Shown here piece by piece: positions 1 through 13,006 of a DNA stretch of 64,000 bases. The notes beneath the pieces were generated by a model that saw only the letters and a list, made by a program, of their open reading frames with translations, did not search any database and had not been told where the DNA came from. Position numbers and translations under genes: made by a program. Source of the stretch: Lepidodermella squamata (Eukaryota > Animalia > Gastrotricha). The DNA lies in NCBI GenBank assembly GCA_047495785.1, contig JBLDXI010000015.1, forward strand, positions 4,278,001-4,342,000, written 5' to 3'. Position 1 is the stretch's first letter. Every line of letters starts with the position of its first letter.

Positions 1-1044
1 CAGGATGCATTTTCCAATTCACACCTTGGGAGCAACAATTATCAGCACTTCCAGACTTTTCCAACTCATCTTTTCAGCTGACGATTGAAGCAGACGGAAT
101 TTGGCTCCAGAGACAGCATATAGGCGTCTCTAAAATACAGGCCCAAATGTTTTTGGTCGAAACAAATCTACAGAAAATTTAGCGCGAATAAAGGAAATTA
201 TGTCAGGTTCGGCAACTCAGCCTTCGTGAAATTTTCAACTAAGTGTGTTTGTCTGCCCTTGGGCTTGGGCTTAGGGAACCTAGCAAAGTACTTGATTGAG
301 AATGGACACTGTTATTACGAAATGCCTCAGGCAATATTGCGGTAGAAGCACTTGGAACTTTATTACTCATTGAGCTTTCAAAAATTACCGCGTTTAAGTT
401 TTGACACTAAAATTATAGTAATCAGTAATACATTTTTAATTTTAGTTTTATTGAAAATCCACTAAATTTGATTTAATTTACGCCTAGCAACAGCGACGCT
501 TTTCTGTCGCTCCTTGTTGACTGGCGAATCAAGAAATGAGTTCCACCTGTATACTCAAGAACTCCGGTCTTGCGTTATCTTCCCATTCTTTTCTTCAGCG
601 TCAACCTTTGGCATTCGTAGTTTGATGGTTTGCTTAGTTTGATACTGATGAAAAATGCTGTGAGTTCTTCTTTGGGTGGCTATAAGTGGTCCAAAATTCT
701 TACTTGAAACTAAGCATTTAAGTTCTGGGGGTGTTTGCGACACGATTCGATGAGAAAATATGGTGATAGGCTAGCTCAAACTTATCAAATGAGAGGTTGT
801 GCAGCGCTCAGTGTGATCCGTTTAACTTTATAACTCCACTCCCTCAACCATCATCTCTATCAAATTATCCTTGTCTATTTCTTAGTGGTACAGACTGCGA
901 GCTTTTACCGCATTCAGCCTCTCTCACTCTCGATTCTCCGGAGAATCTATCAGATCCCGTACTTGCTCTTCCATAATAACTTGCTATCTTGAATGCCCTC
1001 AAATTATCATTCACGTTGTTATTAGATATTGCCAGTTAACAGTA

Positions 1045-4000
1045 ATGTCGACTCGGCAGCTGGGCTCAAGTATGGAGGAAGCCGAGCAAGATTTCGAGAG
1101 TGAAGATGAAGATAACATGGACTCTGACGCGTCTCCCGAAGGAAGCATTGCTGGAGATGAAGCTGTGCCTAGAGATGAAGACTTAGAGACGGGCATGGTT
1201 ACTACGGAATTCGAGAGCGGTTCTGTTATTGCACCTGTCGCTCCTAAAGCAACATTGGCTCAGGAAATGTTGAATGAAGTCTCCTCTAGCCCCGCTTACC
1301 AGTGCTTAGATGAGGTAAAGGCGAGAATATCCACTTTCTAGTCCATATTGAACGTATTTTTACAGCTTCTGCAACAAGGGAAAATCACAGCCACGAAAGT
1401 AGCGCACTTCAAATCCAAATATCAGTACTTGCATGACCTTCTTAAAGGGTAATCCAGTTTTTAAGCTAAAGAAATAACTTCACTAAATTCTTATGATGAT
1501 GTTTGTAGCGCTAGAGACAATGAAGTCAAGCTTTTGCAGCGAGCAAAAGAAGCTACTGCTCAAGTAGAGCGTCAAAAGGGAGATTTGAACACATCAGCTG
1601 ATCAATTCCCAGACAATGCTTCAGCCACTGAAGTCGGACGCTTGCGTCTTCTGCTTTTAAAATACAATAACGATCTAGCAGAGACCGATGACCTGAACTA
1701 TCACCTTCAGTACAAAATCGAGAAGTAATATTACGCCTTTTGTCCAGTCTCTATATCAAGGAATTTACTTATCATAGCTTGGTGGAAGAACGCGACATTA
1801 TCAAGCGAGAATATGATCGTTTACCAAAACAAGAAGTAAGCGTTATTTCTTCAGAAAGCTCAAATTGATGCAATTTTTCTATGAAATAGGAGCTCGAAAA
1901 GCGCGTTCGTGATTTACAAATTAGTATCGACGATATGCGCCGCGAAATTACTCAGCGGCAGACTGATTTAAAGAGTCTCCGCGAAGATTTGGATAACCAC
2001 AAACGTCAGCAGGACAGTGAAAATAAAGAGGTTGACTCGCTGCGAGACCGCGCCGAAGAACTGAAAGGTGATTATCTTGTGGCATCGCAAGCGCCACAAG
2101 AAATTCAGCGCGAAATAGACCGCCTGTTACGACACAAAGCCGAGGCGGACAAAGAATATTTGGATGTTCATGTTAATACTCAAGAGCTGATTGATACCTT
2201 GAAGAAATACGAGCAAAAGTGCCGCCAATTGGAGGAACAAAAGCACGAAGCTGAACGTGAGTTGGACCGCAAGAGATCTAGCCTTGCTGATTCAGAGCGC
2301 GAACTGGAATTGTGGCAGAAGGAATATGAATTCATCAAGGAAAGAGAAACTATCTTGCTTGGTAATTTTTTATATTAAATTATGGCGCAGCTTTTCATCG
2401 CTTGTACTGTAATTATTAGGTGACAAAGCAACGTTGGATGTACAAATGAAACATATGCAAGCAGAGAGACGGCATTTGCATGAGATGTTGGTACGACAGC
2501 AACACGAGAGAGATGGCGAATTACATGATCTGCGGAAAGCTGAAGTGCAGCTTAAGAGCTCTAAGGACTCTCTCAAAACTGCCGAAGAAAGTTTCAAACG
2601 AGCTCAGCAAGCCATGTCAGTTCTTCCCGCTCCGGATTCATACATACAACAGCGCAAAAATTTAACAAACGAGGTCAATGAAATGCGACTTGGCTTAAGT
2701 AAACAGCAATCCGAAACTGCAGCAGCTCAAGCTGAAGTCGAGACTAGCCTTCGAGAGGAGGAGCGACTTCTGCATGACCAGAAAACGTTGAGAATTTTAG
2801 TTGTCGAGTTGACGCGATTGGCTGCTATCAAAGCTGACGAACGTGAGCAGAAAGCGCGTGATTTCATCCGAGCTGAACAGCGACATAAAAAAGCGGCCGA
2901 GGAGTACCGAATGAAAGGAATTATAATTGAAGACCACAAGAAAAAGCTGAATTTACTGCAGTCTCGCTTGGAGGAATACTCGGACATGTACACGGTCGTG
3001 AAGAACGAGCGAAACAAATGCGTTAACCAGATTCAAATAGCAGTGCAGAAATTGTCTGAAATGCGCGAAAAATTGAAGGTTCTGCAGAACGAGATCGAAA
3101 TTCTGCGATCTACAATCAGAACCAAGGAGAAGCAGTTACAAAAGGAGAAGTTGAAGCACATAAACGAAATAGTCATTCGTGACTCAGTTAGGACTGAACG
3201 AGGGAAAGCTCAGGTGGCAATCGCTGTTCTCACTTCCGAGCAAAACCAGCAAAAACTTCAACTAAGTCAGCTTAGTGAACTCACATCGCGAGCTGAGGAT
3301 GGCATGGTTGTTCTTCGAAAGCAATTTGAGCGAGAGGTTCAACGGCGTAATCAGCGTGGTGTACAGTTAATCGAGCGTAATGAAGAAATATGCGTGTTTT
3401 ACGAAAGACTCAATGCTCAAACAGCCGCTATTAAGAGAGCTGAAGTTGAGCTGGGTGCCCGAAATGAGGAGCACCAACTACTCGACGTTCAACGTAAAGA
3501 AGAAGATAGATGTATCAGTTTGCTCCGCAAGAAAGTTGGCGAGCATCGTCGTTACAATGACCAAGTCGTCACTCTTCAAGTCCAATTGTCACAGTGCCAA
3601 GATCATCTTGGTGATTTAGAGAAACGCGTTTCTAATCCTGGAGTCGACCCCGCGCGATATCGATTCTTAACTGGGCCGATTCCAGATCCAGGAGATGTGA
3701 AAGATAAATCTGATCAGGTAATTATTTTACAATTATCAATAATCCATCCATAAAAAATATTTCAATTTAGCTCGAAATTCGTCTTGCGGAGAAGGAAGAA
3801 CAATGCTTTGAGAAACAATTGCTCATTGAGCAGCTTGATCGAATGATTGAGAGAGTTGATCGAAGGTCAGGTGGAACCAGAGGCGATACCCTTCGCCTAG
3901 CTAAAACAGTTAATGAATATGGCGAACGTTTGCGGAAGGTAACTAAAAAGTTGATGGCCTTGGTATCGGAGCTCAGTATGCGCCAAGCCGAACATATGAA

Positions 4001-4364
4001 GCTGTCTAATGACGTCAAAGATCGTGAGGTTTTGCTACAGGAATGCTACCAGCGGATGGAACGTGGCGAGCCGCCTTCTCAGGAAATTGCAATCGCCTGG
4101 GAGAAAGAAATACTGGCCGAAGAACGACGCCGTGGTTGGGTGGCGGAAGCGCCGGCTGCAAATTATGGTCCTTCATTGTATCCTCTCCAAGCGGGTGGTT
4201 TCACAGCCGCCGAACCTCGCCCCAATGCTTACGTTCCGACTGAAGAAACGGGCGAGTTGCCTGTTCCTAAGCCTTATGGCAGTCAAGCTCCTTTCAAGCC
4301 TCAAGCCCCAGGAACTAACATGCGACACATTAGGAAGCCTGTTCCGAAACCTATAGAAATTTGA
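1045..4364 (+). CDS. CCDC146: Coiled-coil domain-containing protein 146 (motile cilia/flagella), multi-exon
   Basis: Long coiled-coil ORFs joined by short GT-AG introns (first 1315-1365). The C-terminus AEPRPNAYVP...LPVPKPYGSQAPFKPQAPGTNMRHIRKPVPKPIEI matches the CCDC146/MBO2 terminal signature. Confidence 0.9.
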
Positions 4365-4752
4365 TATTTGCTTGCATGCCCTTCCTTTTATTTTTTATGT
4401 GCTAGCTTTATTTACGAGTTGATGTCGTGGAAAGAACAGTCCTCAACAGTTTGTTCTTTCGTGTATTTTGTTTGCCAAATCCGTAGAGGTGTATCTACGA
4501 TTTGACACTTCCTCTGCTGTCTTGAGAATGAAATAAATTAACGCTTTTGAAACGGACTAGTTTTATTACATCTTTCAACAATACTGGTATAAAGCAGTAA
4601 ATAAAGCTAGGAATGTGTATTGCATAGCATTAGGAACTGCACAACTTGTTCATCACATAATTGCAAAACAGACTGGTATAAATAACTGGGAAGGATAAAC
4701 GTGTGGAAGATACAAAAAAGCGGGTCCGCCAGAAAGGGAATAGTTATAAATA

Positions 4753-7700
4753 CTACAACGCGACATCGAAAGCGAACTGTAAAGCCAAGTCAAGAGCAGA
4801 AAGAGCAGCTTGTTCGTCTCCACACAGAGATAGCATTCGAGCAGTCGATTGTTTGTAAGTAGCACCAACATGTTCTTCATTCAACTGAAATTCTGGAAAT
4901 TTGCGTAACGTGCACCAGTAAGCCTGGCCTTCCGAAGATATCGGATTTATGCTAAAAGCAGGAGTATCTTGATCTTTCTGGCCCGCAGTTGGATTACCGT
5001 CTCCGCAGGTTTTAGAAATGAATTTACCATCAGCTCTTTTGTTTGTGAAATGCGTGTATGCGATTTGAAGTTCTGATTCGTCATAATCAAACCACACCGA
5101 AGGCTCTGATGGATATACAAAGTAAGCTTCTTCGACATCAGCATCCTCTTCGAAAATATTCATCGCAGTATTTGTTGCTTTCAAAAATGTTTCAGTAACT
5201 CTGCGTTCGAACATGCTCGAATTAGGGGGCGAATAAGTATCAGTGGGACAAACGTAGAATCCCTGGTTTTTGTCGACGAACATAAAAGCGAAAACATTTC
5301 CAGGGCAGGTAAATAAAATTTCTTGATTAGCACCTAAGGCCGAGGTTGTTACCGCTCCTCGGTTTCCAGCTTGATGAGACTGGTTAGTGTTTTCCCCGGA
5401 GTGAAGATGAGCATCGCTCATGTCGAATAGGGTGGGCAAGGCATTAGATAGAGGAAGAGGTATTCCTTCCTCACGCCCAGGTCCATCCGAGGTCGACATA
5501 GTGCCACCGGATCCAGCAAAGCTACCAGGAACTCCGGCGCGCTCCTTTTGGCCAACCATCAAGCCCATTTCAGCGCCACGCGCTTCACGGCCATGAGACT
5601 CGATGTAATGATAAGCATCAAATTCTGTTCCATCGAAGTTTTCCTCGCGAAAATCGTTGATACTACTGGACCTGGACAATTTATCATCGAACCGAGCCCC
5701 GCTCTTCCTTGCCAGCCAACCCATGAACTTGGACATAATTCCAACTTTCTTAGGGTACGGGTAGTCTCTTTTACGGTGGGCGCCCTCTTCCTGTGAATCT
5801 AGATAATTAGGCCGATCTGATGGATACGACATTGAGTTGGTAGGTTGGCTCCGTAAGAATCCTTTCAATGCACTTGAAAATCTTTTCGCATTAGTAACAG
5901 CAAGAGTTTGGAGAACGATTCCACCCGAGCGAGATTTTCTATTGCCAGTTTGCATGAAAACGCTAACGGCGGGATAGGCAGTATCGGCGGAAATCAACTT
6001 GACGCCAAGGCTACTAGACAATCTGGAATTGAGCGCATATTTAGCCTTCGAAAATCTGGCAATAATTTTACAAACCCTTGCTCGCAGAAAGTAAGAAGCC
6101 CGATGCCATCCAACCGATTTAACAATTTCGCTACTTCGCGAATTATCATCGAGTCCGGGTTGAGCTCATCTGCTTCGGAAGATCCACTAGCTTCCAGAAG
6201 TACAGCAAGGTACGTTTGCTTCTGCAATTAATCAAACATTTATAGGATACATTAACTGTCAGAGCTAGCTAACCTTAGGCACGACGAGCAGAACATAACG
6301 AGCGCCACTCGGCTCAGAATAGCCGAATGTAGGCCAACACAGCTCATCTGCCCCATCAGTTGCTTTAGTTCGATGAGTGGGAAACACTTCACACCATATC
6401 ACAGATTGCTCTCCTCGCGGAGAGGAGCCAGGTTCGTTGGCATTAGATGAGCCGAGTAAAGACCCGCACAGGGTGGAAGCCATTTGAGGACTGAATGACA
6501 GCGCCGGTAGAATGAAACGGTGTCGTAAAAACAGGCCTATATCGATCAAGTCGGTTCGATTCAAATGACTGGCAATCAAAAACCCTTGAAATGTCCCACG
6601 GAAAAAATAATACAGAGTTGATTTTATATAAAATTTACAATATACCTTTATAGAACAAGCACGATCCCATAACTACAAATCGCCGCCTAGGCGGGATTAG
6701 GAACGGGTCCGAGAAGTCCGAAGATTCGAAGTCGGTTAGCAGTGAGTCTACTGAAACCTGTAAATCCGCGATGCTTTATTGCGTATTTTTGGCTAGTGAA
6801 AATAATACCTACCTTCACCGTTTCGGGTAGCGGTAAATGAGGCAGCTCCATATATTTTGTCTGAAAAAGTGGCCAAGACATATCCGAAGACATTTGGAGT
6901 TCTTCGAACAAAAGATCCGGGCACAAAATTTGGAACAACATGACTGAGATTATTCGATCGACTTCCTCTGCAACAGCATTTACAGTTCCAACAAAGGCTC
7001 TACGAAAGAAGTTATATGTTGCTGTTTACACTGAATACTGAACAATCTATCAGACAAATTACCTATCAAGGGATCCAAAGTAAAAGCTGATCACCCTTAT
7101 CATTATTGCCAAGGCTTTGTTACAGGCCATTTCGTCATTCACACGAGACGGGAGGGCCAAAATCATATAGCCAGCTGAATCTGTTGATGAAACCGCAACC
7201 GATATAGCTTCTTTGTCTAGTTTCAAGCGCATGCAGTTGACAGTCGAATTTTTAGTATGATCGTCAAAAAGTAGAATCAAACATGGCACCACCCCTTCGA
7301 GTGATTGCATTATATGCTGATCTGAGAGCGGATGGCTATATACAACCTAAAGGAAATGAATAAAGAGGATAAACATTTGACAGTCCCAGGTAAACATACT
7401 GAGCTAGGTAGTTCGCAAGCTTCAACGGCTGTTTTTCGGTAATAGAACAAAGCGAACGGAAATAAAGATAGAGAATTGCAAAGGCTGCTCCAATGTGTAT
7501 TCTCTCCAAATTCGACAATGAAATCAGCTGCTGACGTTTTAGCAAACGTGGCTGTAAGCATGTCGATGCGGAGTGATTGTACAATTATTTTCAGGGCAGT
7601 ATATCCAGCATTATCGGCAGCACGCACTGTGTCGTCAATGTTATATAAAGAAACTGGGTGATCATTTACCGATGAAATATAATCTCCCAAGAAGACTTTT

Positions 7701-7954
7701 CCTGTGCCATATGCAGTGCTTCCTGGTAATAATCCACACACAAAGACACCGTCGCCAGCTGCCTTATCATGCGAAAAAGCTTTGATTATGTCGTTGACAT
7801 GGCTTGGGAGCAGCAATGACAGGAGGTTACTGAAACTTCCAGGAATTATTCCTAGGCCAGCTTCGATAAAGGATGAGGAACTTGACAGCGATCTCTCGGC
7901 AGGCAAAGCTACCGTTACTCCTCGTTGAGGAAGGAAGAGTTCACTCAAATGCAT
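4753..7954 (-). CDS. INTU: Inturned planar cell polarity effector (PDZ + longin domains), multi-exon
   Basis: N-terminal PDZ (GLGIIPG...VFVCGLLPGSTAY...LGDYISSVND). Motifs GFLIASHL, VIWCEVFP, RYVLLVV/YLAVLLEASG and C-terminal YWC..R....L.LC......LDLALQFAF align with recalled INTU blocks. Start codon is tentative. Confidence 0.82.
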
Positions 7955-8095
7955 TAATTGCCTCTATATTAAACACAATGATTAGTCAGAAAAAGCCATT
8001 AGTGCGGATTTTGGGTGATCAAGCCCTCTGAATCAGCCATTCCATTGCAGCAAATCAACAAATGAAGGCTATAGGTACGAAGAAAATAATTTTCA

Positions 8096-8107
8096 GTTGC
8101 CAGTAAT
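8096..8107. promoter_or_regulatory. Candidate RFX X-box in the INTU/NitFhit divergent promoter
   Basis: GTTGCCAGTAAT (one mismatch to an X-box), ~140 bp upstream of the INTU ATG. Confidence 0.35.
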
Positions 8108-8369
8108 ATTGTGACCGACATCCGATTGTGACCGAAATCGAGATCGAGAAAAACCATTTCTCAATGGCTCGCAACACGGAGCGTCCTTAGATTCAGTTTT
8201 GTTGACGTTGACCCCAAATTAATTTATATATAATGCATCATTATAAAAAATGTACTGCACAGTTGGCAAATTTTTAATTTTTACAAAAAGTTTTTTGCGC
8301 GCGCAATTTTTTGTGATGGAGTTCGTTTACCTTTCTGCGGGTGCTGGATTTCAGTTTTGTGGTCTGATT

Positions 8370-9839
8370 ATGTTTTGTGTTTCTAAATCGCTTCTCCTTG
8401 CCACATTCAAAAGCGTAAAACATAGAGCTGGAATGTCAAAGAAAGTCTTGATTGGAGCTGTTCAACTGAACTGTACGAACGACAAAACTGCCAACTATGA
8501 GAGAGCTGCTAGTTTGGTAGAGCAATGCGTGGCTCGTGGAGCTTCCATGGTATTCTTACCCGAATGCGCTGACTATATTGCGCGCGATGCAGCGGAAACT
8601 ATTGCCATTGCTGAACCGATCGATGGTCCTTTCATGACCAAGTTTTCTTCCTTGGCAAAACGCTTGGGAATATGGTTGGCTTTGGGCATTCATCGTAAAC
8701 ACAGTGGCTCTGGAGAGATAATTGAAAAACCTTACAACTCCCACATCATATTGGACTCAAATGGAGCAGTTAAGGCTTGTTACGATAAAATTCATCTTTT
8801 TCACTCAACACTAGCCAACGCATCAGAGAGCCATGCAATTTCTGGTGGCTCGGAATTGATTCCGCCTGTTCAGACACCGGTTGGTCGTGTTGGTTTAGCA
8901 GTGTGCTTTGACCTACGCTTTCCCGATATATCATCACGATTAGCTAGAAAAGGCGCTGATATTCTAGCGTTTCCTTCTGCTTTTCATCCAGTAACTGGTG
9001 CTGCGCATTGGGAGGTTTTGCTGCGAGCAAGGGCTATTGAAAACCAAGTTTATGTCGTCGGCTCAGCTCAAGCTGGCAAGCACACTGCCACGCGATCTTC
9101 ATATGGTTATACCACGATAGTTGATCCATGGGGCACTGTTATCGCTCAGTGCAGCGGGCAGATGAACGACAGCTATTGCATTGCTGAGATCGATCATGGC
9201 TATAAAGAATCAGTCAGGCAGATGATTCCTTTACATCCCGCGTTGGATACTCCTTTTAAAGAGAAATTTGACGATTCACATTCATCAATAGATTTTTCGT
9301 ACGCATTTGGCGATCACGTTATCCATGGAGACAACATTTTTTACCAAACGCCTCTTACGTTTGCGTTCGTTAATTTGCGTCCTATCGTCCCTGGTCACTT
9401 GCTTGTGTCACCAGTGAGAAAAGTCGAGAGAATAAAGGATCTTACTCCAGCGGAAGTTGCAGATCTCTGGGCTGTGGTAAGAAAAGTGAGTGTGGCGGCC
9501 GAGAAAATTTGGAACGCTTCCTCGCTAAATATTGCAGTCCAAGATGGACCCTTTGCTGGCCAAAGCGTACCACACGTTGGTTATCTCTTTTACTTGCTCT
9601 AATTTTACTTTTAATTCCTTCTATTTTAGGTTCATGTTCATATTTTGCCCAGGCGTAAGGGAGATTTCGACAGAAATGATGATGTCTATGAAGCGCTGGA
9701 GAACCATTCATGTGCACCTGATACTTCTGCGGAAACTATCAAAGCTGTTACTGACCCAGTGAAACGAAAAGATCGATCGTTTGAAGAAATGACTGCAGAG
9801 GCTCAATTGCTTAGAGAATTTTTTTCCGAAAACCCTTAA
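8370..9839 (+). CDS. NitFhit: Nitrilase-Fhit fusion protein (NitFhit)
   Basis: Nitrilase triad motifs FLPE, YDKIHLF, AVCFDLRFP and AHWEVLLRARAIENQ. A Fhit domain follows (VNLRPIVPGHLLV; AGQSVPH|VHVHILPR across intron 9576-9629). ATG could be 8370 or 8433. Confidence 0.93.
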
Positions 9840-9996
9840 TTTGTGTTTTTCTTCTAATGTTCTTGCCGACTGATCAGTTAAATAGTTCTCCAATTTATTT
9901 TATGTATTTATTCGCCATTCTTGTCCGCGAAATAGAAACAGCTCGATTGACTTTTGAAATGGCATTTATATTTTCCAAGTAGGAAAAGATATAATA

Positions 9997-12892
9997 ATGA
10001 CGATCATACTTTTCCTGGTCGACACGAGTGCGTCGATGAATCATAAAACGTACTCCGGCTTGGTATATTTGGACGTGGCCAAAACTGCGATCGAGCAGTT
10101 TTTAAAGGTACTTGCGAATTTTGATTCATATGGAATTTATGTTTAAGACTTGTCTTTTTTGTAGCTTCGCTCTAAAGATCCAGAATCTCGTATGGACCGA
10201 TATATGTTGATGTCATTTGAAGACCCACCTCATCATATAAAAGCTGGCTGGAAAGAGAACCATGCTAATTTTATGAATGAATTGAAAAATCTGAAAGCAA
10301 CTGGCCTAACTAACCAGGGAGCAGCTCTCAAGCGAGCGTTTGATTTGCTTAACGTCAATCGTGCATATTCTGGAATTGACATGTTTGGACAGGTTTGGAA
10401 ATATAGAAATCATCATGTGCTCTCAAAAAATTGCCTTTTCATTATTTTAGGGCAGATATCCTAATTACATCGAGCCAGCGATGATAATATGTTTTACTGA
10501 TGGCCAACCACTCACTTCGACCTCAGGCTCCGATAGCGAAGTATGTCTTTTCGAAGGTATAATAAATCTTGCAAACTGATTCTGTTTTTAGTTACAACTT
10601 CCTGGCGCTTCAACGGTACCTGGCAATGAGTTATCTAAGGAGCCATTTCGATGGGATCAGCGATTATATTCAGTGATTCTTCAATACCCAGCGATAACTC
10701 CGTCAGCAACTCTACTAGAATCATCCGGTGAATTGATGAGGAACATTCCAGCGGCATCTGGTTTGCCAATAGACGCCATGTGTGAAGTGACGGGTGGCCG
10801 ATCCTATGTTGTGTCGAATCACTTGATTCTCGGGGCATGCTTAGAACAGCTATCCCATCGACTTCAACACGGAGTTGTGCTAAATTTCGAAAAATTGGAG
10901 GAAAGCGATGCATTGCCCACCATTCCCATTGATGTCATTCCTGCTGACGGAGACAATAGCAATAATTCGAATTCGAGTAATAAAGCCCCGCCTCCAGTCA
11001 GGGTTTCGACTGAAGGATGGCAACGTTGTCGGTGTTTGGTTTACGTGAAACGATCAGCTACAGCCCAAAGGGGATTTGCTGAAAGCCATTGGCCCTTACC
11101 GGAATCTTTTTGGCTTGATGCCTCTAGCACGACCTTGCCGCCAAGAAATGCCCAGCCTAATATCGTTTTCTCTAGCCGACCTGTGGAGCCAATGGTCATT
11201 GAAAACTTCCCATTTGACAAGTACGAGATTGAGCCATGTGCCTTGACTCAGTACATTTTGGACAACTTGCAACCCCACTTATGCTGGCCACTCTACGTTG
11301 AAAACAGTTGCAAGCACACAGCTGCGAAAATAGGCGAGCCTTTTGGTTATTTAAAAGCGTCAACCCAGCTCAATTGTGTGAATCTATTTGTTCATCCTTA
11401 TAATTACCCGGTCGCCCTTCGCCTGGTGGACGATTTAATCAGGCGATATTCTTTCAAACCTCCTCGCGAATGGCAAACGCAATTCGAGCGGTATCTCTGG
11501 GTTATGCCTGCTTATTATGCCTCAGCGTGGCGGAAGGCTCTCGGCCGAATCGGTGCGTCGCCAGCGATTGTTCCCGATCAACTCGAAAACCGGAACATCC
11601 ATTCTAGTGTGTTAGCCTACATGAAAAAAATCAAACAGGCTGGTAAAGAAAAATTCGATGAAATAGCCGCATCTGTAGCAAAATCCTTGAACACCCAGCA
11701 GCCCAAGCCGTTGGTCAAAATATTTTCGCGAACTGCAAATTCTTCGATTGTCCTACATCCGCAGTTGAATGCCTTGCCTGACCATCCCGCTTTCAAATCG
11801 GTTTCCGTTAACCAGGTTGTAAATGACGTCTTTCATGCGGGTGGCTGCGGTTTTTTGAGGCAGTCGTCGGACACTGACCCCAACCGGCCGCCGGTTCATA
11901 AAAATCCATTTGCAGTGTGCCGGTTTGAAATTCGAGAAAAAATCGATTTACTTCGGCAAAGTCTGCTGCGAAAAGGTCCAGTAGAACGGGCCCAGCTTCT
12001 TAGCACTGAGCTAGTCCATCGGTTGCCCATCGGCCAAATGGGTAATTACCAGGCTTATCTCGAACGGCAAACGCCTGCATTGCGCGAGTTGGAGCCAACT
12101 AGCCAGCGCATTAACACGTTCGGAAATCCGTTTAAAACAAATAAAAACATGATGGTCGACGAGGCGGATGAAGCTGTCTTCAATAGAAACTCTGCATCGG
12201 GCCGCGCTCGATCTCTTTCAACGTCGTCATTTTCGTCTTCGGGCAGCACTCGGGGCCGACGAGGTCCGCTTGCGAAAGATTACGTATTCGTGCCGGCTCG
12301 AAAACGGCAGCGTCATGACAGTTCCTCTAGCTCAATTTCGTCGCCTTCCTCGACAAACTTACTTTCACCTCCATCTTCGCCAGCCTTGTCATCTCGCTCG
12401 CCGTTCTCACCGCTCAGTGATAATATGTCTGACTCAGTTGATCTGACTATCGACTCTGATTCCATATCTCATGGCAGCCAGGGGAATGGAACGATGGCGC
12501 AACATCTCGCCGGTCTTCATCAAAAGCAAGTCGAGTCTTTGAGCATTATTCGCCGCGAAATTCGCCGGCCTGGCAGGAATCACTCGGCTCTATTTGAGCA
12601 TTTGCGAGATTTGGAACACAGCTTTGAACAACTATACACCACCATGCTTCGAGAAGCGTGTTTCGAAGCCCGGCGGTTGAAGCGGTTCAAGTTAGCCGAT
12701 GAACTTTTCCTCATGTATGAAGTCGAGGAGAACAGCCAGCGTGAGATGCTGGAACCTGACATGGAGTCAGATAATGCTGATGAGAAGGCGGCGTCTAATG
12801 GCCGCGGAAACAACGGCATTCTAACACCTGCTCCTCACCGCGACTCTGACGAGGAGGATGACTGCGTCCTGCTCATCGACGACAATTCTTGA
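9997..12892 (+). CDS. INTS6: Integrator complex subunit 6
   Basis: MTIILFLVDTSASMN (VWA), AFDLLNVNR..SGID.FGQ|GR.P, KEPFRWDQRL, MCEVTGGRSY, HWPLPESFW, PFDKYEIEP, MGNYQAYL and the C-terminal EIRRPGR motif. Three short introns. Confidence 0.95.
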
Positions 12893-13006
12893 ATAATATG
12901 AATTAGCTCAATATTAATATTATTGCTGCAGACTTGAACATAATATGTTGAATTTTATCTGAATTATTCTATTTATTTTTCTAGGAGTTATTTTTTATAA
13001 ACAAAA

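Noticed and set aside
1-1000. Possible minus-strand exons at the window start
   Set aside because: Short frames are interrupted by stops and show no recognisable homology.
8250-8369. Longer N-terminal extension of the NitFhit ORF from ATG 8250
   Set aside because: T-rich promoter/acceptor-like sequence; most likely a fortuitous open frame.
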